Source: Phoronis australis (lineage: Eukaryota; Animalia; Phoronida). From it: a stretch of DNA of 64,000 nucleotides. The translations under genes were made by a program, and so were the position numbers. Shown piece by piece: positions 37,201-49,200 of the stretch. The stretch is taken from NCBI GenBank assembly GCA_002633005.1, contig NMRA01000004.1, positions 1,307,793 through 1,371,792 on the forward strand, written 5' to 3'. The notes under the pieces are model-generated. The model saw only the letters and a list, made by a program, of their open reading frames with translations. It searched no databases and was not told the origin of the DNA. Within the stretch, counting starts at the first letter, position 1. Every line of letters begins with the position of its first letter.

Positions 37201-40200
37201 ACTGCAGTTGTGACTAGCAGTTTGTTATATCAGGCGCTGAACACGTTCTGTGAAATGTTGTGTCATAAATAAAAACTAATAGTCTTTAAATATCTAAAGT
37301 GACATTTTTCATCACTTTTGAAGCTCTGAAAATAACTCTAATTTGACCTTCTAAGGAACAATTTGAAAACAGTCTTGTTACAGTAAGTGATCTCAATCAG
37401 AAGTTGGCATTTGTGACGTGAAGGTGAGTCACTGTAAAAGGAACAGCTTGCTTGGCTAATCTGAGTCCGCCGTCTAATCTTCTAACTTGAAATTGAACTC
37501 ATCATTTTCCGTTCTACTTTGATATCAATTCAAGATAATCGTTCATTATGGTACACGTAGATGAGTTTCTAAACCAGGTTTGCATTGAGTGACCCCTAGA
37601 TCCGAGCTACAAACTTGAGTAAAAACTCAAAATTTTGAATTCAGATTCGAACTTATAACCTTAATCCTGGGGTTGTCAAGTACAAGCTAGGATTACTCAG
37701 TTATCTACATAAACCATGCTACACTCCAGCACAGAATAATAGACTTTTGTCGGGACTTTGTATTGAAATAGTTGAAACGGAAAATGTCGAACAAAATTCA
37801 ATTTTGAGTACAAAGATTAGATCCCAGACCCTGAAAGTTGACCTCTTTGTGCAGGCTCTGTGCTGGAGGGTCCTGACCCTGACGACCTGAGGAAGGTGGT
37901 GGAGGAGGCCTTGCCCACATTGATCGCCATGTTCAAAGACAGCAGTGTGGTGGTTCGCGACACAGTCGCCTGGACGGTGGGCCGTGTGTGTGAGCTCATG
38001 CAGGACGTAGTCATCAAGGAGGCCTACCTGCCGAGTCTGCTGGACGCGCTGGAGGTGGGGCTGTGGGAGGAGCCGCGTGTAGCCACCAACATATGTTGGG
38101 TAGGTACAACTGTCTGTCATGTGTCAAGCATGTGTCGGGCACTGCTGAAGTGTCACTCATCGCTGGAGTCTTTGTGCTGGAGATAGTGTACAGCCCTTGT
38201 CACTTAGTTTGGGGTGGGCCTGTGGGAGGGGCCACTTAATCTTGAAAGTGCCATCTGGAACTAAACATTCAACATGTGCACCTGGGTGATAAGATGAATA
38301 ATGGCTTCATGGGTAGCAATGAAAGCTATGACTCTCCATGTCTAATCAAAGACCAATAAATGCCAACTTCCAACTGGTATAAATTGAATTTGCTTCAGTT
38401 TTTTGTCTAGTACCGTGTTAAATCCAAAGCACCATTTCTTTATTCAGGGTACATCGTTTCTAAGGTCTACTGATCTATTAACGCTAACCTGTTGCAAGTG
38501 GTTGGAGAATGTTCTTTTTTACAGTTTACTTTTCAGAGGATGCCATGCTGGTGAAGTGTTTCGTCTCGTTACATTGTTAAGCATAGCTTAAGAGATTTGT
38601 GCATGCAATTGGAATTAGCGCTTGTGACAGACTGTTCAATTTGTGCAGCGGTCATCGTATTTGTGCTCAACGTTTGCTAAATTTTAGATGGACAGGGAAG
38701 ACACACCTAGGTGTCAAATCTCTGTCTGATTGTTTTATTCTATGGTTCTCTGCTCATAAACATTATCAGAAACTATATAACTAGGAAACTCAACAACAAT
38801 TGGGTAAGCCTCTCGGAATGTCACTTTAAATTGTCCAAAGCCCGCATTTATTTTGTTTTGCCCTGTGTCCAGATATATTTACTTGGTGTGTATGTTTCAG
38901 GCCTTGTCCAGCTTAGCTGAAGCAGCCTACGAAGCTGCGGAGGCTCAATGTGAAGACAAAGAGCCAGATACGTTCGTTCTGTCGCAGAAATTCCAAGGCT
39001 TAATAGAAAGACTACTACAGACTACAGACAGGTGAGTGATTTGTTGCTAAGCACCAATGACAAAGTAATAAAAATGGACAGTGTTGGAAGTTGTTGTACG
39101 GTAACTTTCAAAAAAAAAAATGAATTTCATTGAAGTTGTTCTGACTTCAGCATAGCTGTAGTGGAAACAGGAACCAGGCTTGTGAAAATTGGTCATATTT
39201 TTGCCTCAAAATTCTGCCAAATTCTGCCAATTTTAAATTTGTTAGAAAAAGGTATTGCTAACTTTCTTGAAAACTTCCATATCCATATCATGTGGAGCAG
39301 GCGGTTGTGTTTCTCAAGCTTGGGGCAAGACTTTTGGGTTGTTTTTATTTCAGTCACTGAGGGCTGTTCCAGTAAAATCCGTGTGGGAGGGGGGGGGACG
39401 GCAGTAGAAATAAAAATTCGTGGGTGGTGGTCTTCAGAAAAAACTCAATTTATGGGTGGTCGTTCCTGTAAGAAGTGATGCATTAAAAATGGGTGGTATT
39501 TTTTGACCTGTTAATGTTGACAGGATGGTTACTTCTGCCGGAACACATAAAACTCAAAAAATGCAATTGGCATATATCCTAACTTATCCCAATTCAAAAA
39601 AGCCCATATTGCCAGTGAACAGAGTGCAATATGTTCACTAAGCCATTAATCAAGTCATGGGCAACTTGATTTGAGCCAACTGTTTGTCTGCAGTCCTTAT
39701 TGAATTGAAAAGTTATGCAACACTAAACTGGTGTTAACACCTATAAGAAAATTGATGATTTTTAAATAAAAAGTATGAGGAGTAAGATAAACAAGTTCCA
39801 ATATTCACTTGACATAGAAGTATAAAAGAGTTCGTGGAGACAGAGATTCATAGATCCTTATAATTGAAAAAATGTTCATTGAAATTATAGACACATGGTG
39901 AACAGAGACACCTGGTGGCTGCCAAAAGTATTGCTCACAGGCTACTTTAGTTTTTGACAATATTGGACAAGACAACTAGTTCTTGTCTGTCAATCATCTA
40001 AGTTCTTAACAGGTCCTCCTGGAGGCAATTTGTTTGCAAGTGTTGGATTTTGTATTTTAACCTATTAAAAATAATTAAAAAATTATGGGTCATGGGTTGG
40101 AGAAATAAATGGAAAATGTGGGCGGTGGGTACGAAATAAAAGTGCCTTCCCCCCTCCCATACAGATTTTGCTGGAACAGCCCTGAAAAGATTTTAAGTTG

Positions 40201-43200
40201 TCTAAAACGAAAACAAAATAATTTAGGAAAAGTGTGGCAACATTTCTGATATCTCATCATGAACAGTTACATCAAACAAGATTTGATCAATAGGTTATTT
40301 ATACTGTTGTTTCACTGTCAGTGAACCTTTGTTTTTGCACAGTTTTACAAAAAAGATGTGGTCATTTGACACAAATGATGGCAAATTGTTGAATAGTAAA
40401 AAAAAAACAAGACTCTAGTGTCTTCTTTCAGGAAATGTATATATTTGTTGATATTTAGCAAAATACTCCAACTTGCGGTTACGGTCTTACATAACCTTGA
40501 AGTAGTTTCCCGTGGTATGCCACGGGGCTGCCTGTCAAACGGGCTAGTCATTGCAATGAGACTCTTAATCTAACTTGAATTGTTCCTCCTACATCGCAGA
40601 CCCGACTGCAACCAGCACAATTTACGCAGTGCCGCCTATGAAGCTTTGATGGAACTAGTGAAGAATAGCCCCAAGGATTGCTATGATGTTGTGAAGACGA
40701 CCACTTTGATAATTCTAGAACGGCTGCAAAGAGTTTTGGGCATAGAGGTATATGAGTTTTGTAGCTACTTAAAAAGCCAGCTGTTCTGCAGGCAAATAAA
40801 ACTGAATGGGTTCACCTTCGGGGAAATATCCCACTCAGTAGGTTTGGATATCTACTGTCCAGGAAAATTTTTTTGTTCAGTCAGCTCATAAAAAGATGCA
40901 CGTACAAGTGCTGTATTTCTGACAGATGTAATGGGCACAACGTGTTCAGTCATGGATGCCAGTGTACATGCATTCTGTTATCGGTATAGCTGCGACATCA
41001 CATACACTATTAAACATCACTTTGCTGTGCTCCTAAAAGTGTAGCAGATTTTTCTATACCTTCAAGCTCTTAGATGTCACACGTGAAGACTTCTGAACAT
41101 TTCCCTGATAGCCTTTTGTCAACCGAATTGCAGTCTAGAATACCTTTGAGTGTTATGTAAACCCTGTCGTCCTTTTAAATGTAACGGAAAATAGAAGGTT
41201 GGTCCAAACATTTTCAAGTCTGTAAATCTCAGCAATTTTTAGAGAAGAACAAGATCACGTGACTTCCAATGCCTTGGTATACGCTTGCATATAATGGATA
41301 ATCGGGGTTATCAAGGATTTGAAAAATTTAGCTGGACAGTTGGCATGAAATGGTAGACTGAAATGCTGTGTACTGAATATAAATCTTCTACAGGGTAATT
41401 ATGTTAAAAATTTCAGCTGGCATCAAATGACTTTCTTTTGGGAAATAAAGACAACCGAAAAAATCCGCGTAACCGTAACAGTTTTGAATGAAAGACCTGA
41501 ACCAACTAATGTGGCTATCAATCCTTGTTTTGTTCAAGAAGTGTCTACTTGCCGCTGTAAAATTGGTCTCGGTTTGTTTCTAATATTCAGATAAGAAGTG
41601 ATTTTTGGGTTTGCAAAGAACTGACAATTGATCTGAAATGGTAGACTGTAGATGTTTAAATGTTGTACCACGAATTGAATATTCTGCTGAATAATACTCT
41701 TAAAAATCTAGTGTTCATGTTTTTGGTTAAAGGTACTGAATGTTGTCTAAATGTGCACCCAGTCATACATCTCGTTTGCAGGACTCTGTCTCCTCAAGTT
41801 CTGACCGGGCACAGGTCAACGACCTCCAGTCTCTTCTGTGCGCCACTTTGCAGAGCGTGTTGCGCAAGATGTCCCCGGAGGATGCGCTACAGATCTCTGG
41901 CAACATCATGGTCGCATTGATGCACATGTTTGAGAGCAGCGCCAGAGGTGGCGCCGGTGGTGTTCAAGAGGATGCACTTCTCGCCGTGTCTACCCTAGTC
42001 GAAGGTATTCACCGGGATTGATTTGTTTACTAGAAATGGAATGAAGCACTACAAGGAGACAGGCAAAAAGAATGCTATAAGAGTTGTATTCCTAGATCTA
42101 AGCATAACCCACTGATAATGGACGAATAGTGGTGGTAAAATTTTTAATAAAAAGCAACTTTATTAGCAATGCATTTTTCATGGGGAAAATGCCTATGCTG
42201 AGACCAAAAATACTAAGGGCTGTTCCAGTAAAATCCGTGTGGGAGGGGGGGGGGACGGCAGTAGAAATAAAAATTCATGGGTGGTTGTCTTAAGAAAAAA
42301 ACGCAAATTATGTGTGGTCGTTCCTGTAAGAAGTGATGCATTAAAAATGGGTGGTCTTTTTTGACCAGTCAATGTTGATAGATTGGTTACTCCAGCCCTC
42401 AAAACTAAAAACAAAATGCAATTGGCAAATATCCTATTCCCAAAACAAAAAAGCCCATATTGCCAGTGAACAGAGTGCAATATGTTCACTAAGCCATTAA
42501 TCAAGTCATGGGCAACTTGATCTGAGCCAATTGTTTGTCTGCAGTCCTATTGAATTGAAAAGTTATGCAACACTAAACTGGTGTTAACACATATAAGAAA
42601 ATTGATGATTTTTAAAAAAAAAGTATGAGGAGTAAGATAAACAAGTTCCAATATTCACTTGACTTAGAAGTATAAAAGAGTTTGTGGAGACAGTTTGAGA
42701 TTCATAGATCCTTATAATTGAAAAAATGTTCATTGAAATTATAGACACATGGTGAACAGAGACACCTGGTGGCTGCCAAAAGTATTGCTCACAGGCTACT
42801 TTAGTTTTTGACAATATTGGACAAGACAACTAGTTCTTGTCTGTCAATCATCTAAGTTCTTAACAGGTCATCCTGGTGGCAGTTTGTTTGCAAGTGTTGG
42901 ATTTTATATTTTAACCTATCAAAAATAATTAAAAAATTATGGGTCATGGGTTGGAGAAATAAATGAAAAATATGGGCGGTGGGTACGAAATAAAAGTGCC
43001 TTCCCCCCTCCCATACAGCCCTAATTGATTCTGTTCTGCGACCAACTCATTTTGAAACCTGTGCCTCAAGAGTTAACCCCAGGTGTCGCTGGGTATAAAT
43101 TGGAAAAAAGAGGGGTCTGACCCACTTCAACTGGCATCAGATGATCCTGAGTGTAAAAACATAAACTAGGATCCCAACCTATTTCAGCAGGCATTAGGTG

Positions 43201-46200
43201 ACTTTCTTGTGGGAAATGTAGGGATCTGAAAATTCACTACATCAATTTTGAAAAGACCACGGTCCCATTCCAAGAAATTAACTAATAAGTTCATCTTTTA
43301 CTTTAGTTTATGATTTGTCTCAGCTTCCAAATTTTGAAACTTCCACATCTGGTAAGTTAGTCAAAATTAAGACAAAACTTAAGTCAAAAATTTAATTCAT
43401 GGTTAAGATCTTCTTGAAAGGAGACTTGAGACAAATTTAAGTTTCATCTTAAAATTGGCTAAAAATTAAGATTTGTTTTAGCTAACTCAGTTTTCTTGGA
43501 ATGGGTCCTAGAACCAATCATATTGGCTATAAACCTCTTTCCTGTCCAAGTAGTGACTGCTTATTGCTGTAAAATTGGTCTCAGCTCCTTCCTTGTTCAG
43601 GTGAGAAGTGATTTCTGGGTTTGCAAACAACTGACCTTTTGCTACTCATCGAGACTGTACTCGGCACATAAAACGACAAGCTGTGATAAGCCAACTTGTA
43701 GAACATGATTTCAAACAATAACTGTCAATTGTTTCGAAGCCCGGAAATGGTATCCAATTTGACGAAGGAGCAATTTGAGACCAATGTTATAATCGTAATG
43801 GCTCTGAATCAAAAGTTGCTTTTTGTGATGAAAGGCGAGTATATTTCGTCTTGAAGCTATTTTTGGTAGCTTGTATAGTTCACGCCAATTCCAATGTTTT
43901 TTAGTGTATCATTTGTCACTGAGCTCAGTGTTATTTTTGCTTGCATGTGCGTGCATGTGCGCACGCACATGTGTGTATGCGTGAAGATGTGTTTAGCTAC
44001 GTGTTTTGTTGCAGATGCCTGCCATAGCATGCCTATCTCATTTCAGTTCTGGGCGACAAATTCTCTAAGTATATGGACCCCTTTAAGCCTTACCTGGCCA
44101 TGGGTTTGAAAAACACAGCAGAGCACACAGTAAGTACTATTAAACAGTTACACTGGCATTCAACAAGAGTTGTTGTTACTTTTTGTAGACATGTAGATCC
44201 TTTAATTAGTGAAATTAAAGTTTCCAACCTATGTTCAAATGGATGAATGTAGTTTTGTTATGTAATGTTCTTCACAGATATTTTGTTCATTGGGCAATGA
44301 TCTGTCGTCTTGAGAATGTCCGGGAATGACTCCAGGGAACTGTTCAACGGTGGTTTACAACTTTTAAATGAGACAATTGCTTAGGTACTACTTAAGAATA
44401 AGAAAATAGAATGTCACTTTTCCGCCATATTACATTATGCATCCTTAGTTGGTTTTATCTGACAGTATTGGACACATCTTGCTGTTTACATTGTGTGGTG
44501 AATCTTGGCAGAAATGGTTGAAAAGTGAAGTGAAAATTTGGATGTGTCAACAAAAGTTGTGGGAATCAATGATCAGGGCTAGCTCTGTAGACGCATGAGC
44601 CTCGTGCTACTGCAAGATCATGCAAGTCCCCAAGAGACATCGCCATGCATTACAAGTAAAACATGTATGTCATCATGCTTTCTTAACTTGCAAGTCAGCG
44701 TCTGTGGATCACAGCCGGAGTTTGACAAATAGCGGGTGGGAAGGAAATGGAAATCGGATTACTATGATGCGCCTTGAATCTGGAACAACATCCAGGGAAC
44801 CTGAATCTTGCCGAATGTCTTGCAGTGCTACTTAATAGGTGTTGTGTGTCTGTAACTTGTTACCATTTTGCCTTCACTCAGGTTTGCCTGGCCGCTGTGG
44901 GCATTGTGGGTGACTTGTGCCGTGCTCTGGGCAGCAATGTTCATGTCTACTGTGAAGAAATCATGGGCTTGTTGATAGAGAACCTGAGTGTAAGTCATCT
45001 GTTTGTTACACCTTGTAGAGGGCAAGCCAACATTGTTGCTGTTAGTTTTTTGTGTCCTCTTTACGCGTGTTGCTGTCGGGTACACGATCGTGTTCCTCTG
45101 TATCGATTCTACTCGTGGAACTACTGAACTCGGTGAGTTGTTATCTCTGCCGGTTTAGCAACAGGAAACGAAATTGTGTATTTCGATTCGAATTGTGCAT
45201 TTCTGTCTTTGTACTCTAGACCTGTCGCTTGTCTCATTTGTGGCACATTAGCACGTGGTATCATGTTGCTCCGTGTCTGTTTACAGGACAACAGCGTTCA
45301 CCGTGCCATCAAGCCACAGATTCTGTCCACATTTGGCGACCTGGCACTGGCTATTGGTCCACTCTTCCAGAACTACCTGGCAATTATAATGGCCATTCTT
45401 CAACAGGCATCACAACTGCAGGTGGACAAGGTTAGTACTTGACAGTTAATGGCTATCTATCAATCTTTGCTTGTTGCCTGTGATTCAAGATGAGGCACTG
45501 ACATGCCTTCCTAGAGAAATCATTCTGCACAGATTGGTGCTAAATTTCAGGTCAAAGTTTCTCGTGCCTCATCCTAGGTGCATCACATGCTCAATATCAG
45601 TGAGGATATGGAAAAGTGTGCTCAGCTTATCTGGACAGGGTAATGAGTTTGCACGAAGACAAATATATTGTGGGGCCCACATTTTCATTGCATGTAGTCG
45701 TGCACAAAGCATCCAAAGTCAAAAACGCCTTAAGTGTGAGGTACAGTTTTGCATTATTTTTCTCCATGAATACTGAAATGTGTCGAAAATGGTTTCAGAA
45801 CTCGTTTCAATTGTAATAGCTATGTTAAGGAATTAGTTTTATGACTGCTGAGTCAGCAGGATACACAAAGTGACTTTGGAAATAGTCGCGCTTTATTGAA
45901 ATTCACTTACTTGCCGGATGGCAGTCAGGTCTGTGAGATGTTCTAATGTCTTATCAAAAAAGGCAAAACCTTTTGAAATATCTGGATGAGCAAGGACATT
46001 GTGTTCCATACATTTCTCACTGCGAAGAAATATCCACAACAAAGCTAGTGGCTGCTGCTGATTAATCAGAGGAATTTCGACCCCACCTGGTGTCAAAAAG
46101 CTAAAACATATTAGTGAACTTAAACTAATCAAACAGTGGGAGAGGCTGGCAGTGGGATTGGTTCATCTGCTTTTAAGTTAAAGAACCACAATGTAGATTG

Positions 46201-49200
46201 AATTTGTGTCCACCAAACTGGGGATCAGTGGCAAGTCACTTTCTTACTCTCATTGTTCTAGAGAGCACCAATATGAAAAGTGCTCTATTACAAGCTAGTT
46301 GAGTATGTTCATATTACCTTTGAGCTCCAATCTCGGCCTTTCTCGTTGTAAGGGCGGTAGATTTAAGTTTTTGTCTACCGGGCTTGGTGGCGATACGTTT
46401 GAACTTAGATGTAAAGAAGAAAACCACAATAGTCTCCGAAGAAAAAGCCGTTCATCCTCAGTAAAAACTGGACTCATCCGTATTTCAGAACGACTACGAC
46501 ATGGTGGACTATCTGAATGAATTGTGGGAGGGGTGCCTGGAGGCTTACACTGGCATTGTGCAAGGACTTAAAGGAGACGGGGATGTACCGGCTGGTATGT
46601 GTATTGTACTTGGCCAAGTATTGGTATAAGTTTCTGTTAAATGCCATTAAGGTGACACATTTTGACTTTCTCTGTTACTTTACTTAAATCTGGGTTTCAC
46701 CTTGTTCACCTGGCTGAAAAACAAAATCTAATTGTTCTTTTACTCTCATAAAATCAGTCTCCTTACCGATAGGATTTTATCTCACACCAAAGCCATCACT
46801 GACTCGAGAAAACACTCCAGAATAGGCCAACTGCAAAATTGCGAATTAAAAAAATTGTGCATGTATACGTTTCAAGTGAAATTGCAAGGATGTGGTTTTT
46901 CCCACTGAATTCGTTGCCAAATGTAACAAGTACAATGTGAACCAACTACTGCAGCCCAATCATAATGTATGAATGAACTGAGAGGCTTGCTATCGTTGTT
47001 ATACTCCTTCGTGTAACAGTCGGTCGCTTCCCCATTATCCATTTTGTCTATGCTGTTTTATATGGCAAAAGTTGAAATATGTCGGAGAGTCTGTCGCTGT
47101 TGTATGCTTTCTAGGGACTGATGTCTTATGGGCATCGTGCTTGTGTGACGTCGCCGTGGTAACTGTGGTAGGCGTGTCCCTACTGCGGTTTTCGAAACTA
47201 TCCATTCGCCTGTTCCTTTGATGATTATTTTGTTGGTTTTTGGGTATTTTGTATCGTTATTATGCGCCCACATATTTATATGTGGACGCATTATGCCGTC
47301 ATCTCTGTCCGTCCGTCCGGGCGGCGTCCGTCCGGCGTCTGGCGTCCGGCGTCCGCTGCTCTATCTCCAAAACCCTTTGACATACGTTCATGAAATTTGG
47401 CACATNNNNNNNNNNNNNNNNNNNNNNNNNNNNNNNNNNNNNNNNNNNNNNNNNNNNNNNNNNNNNNNNNNNNNNNNNNNNNNNNNNNNNNNNNNNNNNN
47501 NNNNNNNNNNNNNNNNNNNNNNNNNNNNNNNNNNNNNNNNNNNNNNNNNNNNNNNNNNNNNNNNNNNNNNNNNNNNNNNNNNNNNNNNNNNNNNNNNNNN
47601 NNNNNNNNNNNNNNNNNNNNNNNNNNNNNNNNNNNNNNNNNNNNNNNNNNNNNNNNNNNNNNNNNNNNNNNNNNNNNNNNNNNNNNNNNNNNNNNNNNNN
47701 NNNNNNNNNNNNNNNNNNNNNNNNNNNNNNNNNNNNNNNNNNNNNNNNNNNNNNNNNNNNNNNNNNNNNNNNNNNNNNNNNNNNNNNNNNNNNNNNNNNN
47801 NNNNNNNNNNNNNNNNNNNNNNNNNNNNNNNNNNNNNNNNNNNNNNNNNNNNNNNNNNNNNNNNNNNNNNNNNNNNNNNNNNNNNNNNNNNNNNNNNNNN
47901 NNNNNNNNNNNNNNNNNNNNNNNNNNNNNNNNNNNNNNNNNNNNNNNNNNNNNNNNNNNNNNNNNNNNNNNNNNNNNNNNNNNNNNNNNNNNNNNNNNNN
48001 NNNNNNNNNNNNNNNNNNNNNNNNNNNNNNNNNNNNNNNNNNNNNNNNNNNNNNNNNNNNNNNNAGTAGAAATTTGTTTCTGGCATTCTAATGCTGTGCT
48101 AATCTCGTATGTTGGTAAATTTGTTTTTAATTCTATGTTTCTGTGGTGCTTTAAGCAACTGGTGTATAGGATGCGCTTGTATTATGAAGATTACTCACAT
48201 TTTGCCCCTAGCCTATTGAGGAGACAATGACCAAGCCTTTCCATTTTGCAAAGTATGCCCTCTACTGGCCACTTTATGGTACCAATAAACAACCCTAGAA
48301 GGATACCGTATGCGGTGCAATTGTGGGCGCATTTCAACGCTCCGCGTTGCTCTTGTTTTTTGTATGTAGTCTTAGTTTGTATGTAGTCTTAGTTTTTGCG
48401 ATAACTTTTTCATCAGCGCTTTAGAACTGAAGTTGAGAAGTTTGTATTTCTTGTGTTTTATAGAGTTAGCATTAATAATAATAGTAAAAATTAAATAATG
48501 TTAATAGTAATAACTCAGTAATGCTGCGTTACCATGACAAAGCACAAGTGCTCACTTGTTGACCTTTTCCATTTCTCTCGCCAGCTGACGTCCAGCAAAT
48601 CTGGCCATATGTTGCTTACATGGTGTCGTTTGTTGAACACGTGGGCAGGGATGATGATCACACTGACGCTAACGTTGCTGCCTGCTGCGGACTTATAGGG
48701 TGAGTTCAATAGGTCATGTCACATTGTGCTCTCAGGTGATAGGCCAGAAAATTCTTAACTGGCTGTGGCCTGAGGCTCTTTTCAAAAACATGCGTATTGC
48801 AGTTTTCTGTCTTGTCTATGGACCTGTGTTAAGGAGAACGGAATTTGCTTGATATGCCACTACATATTTTTCAAAGTTGCACTTTTTGTAAATGAGGCAG
48901 ATGGAAGGATTTATTTCATAAAGACCAATTGATCAGACCAGAAGCAAGTTATCTTTTGGTCAAAACATCTGTGCTTTACCGAACACGAGGTTGAATGTCG
49001 TTAAGGTTGTTTTTTCTCGTGTTTTGTTCTTAGTTAAGCTTTTGTTTGGTGACAATTGGTTAATATTTTGAGTTTTGGATAACTGTTAAGCTTGTAGCCC
49101 CACCAACTTGCGGTGTACTGGAGAAGTGGATGAGAAATGTCATCAAATGTTCATTTTGTAAAATCATGTGGTTCATGCGAATTAAAATAATGTAAAAGTT

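Noticed and set aside
38210-38236. Short echo of the exon 11 end (gtgggcctgtgggaggggccac)
   Set aside because: Only ~22 nt and without splice signals; not a mutually exclusive exon.
47190-47225. Resemblance to U8 snoRNA (ATCC..CCTGTTCCT..TGATGATT)
   Set aside because: The spacing is wrong and no downstream box D or U8 hairpins are visible.
47218-48230. Long ORFs of 230-280 aa in the ORF track
   Set aside because: Artefacts of translating through the N gap.
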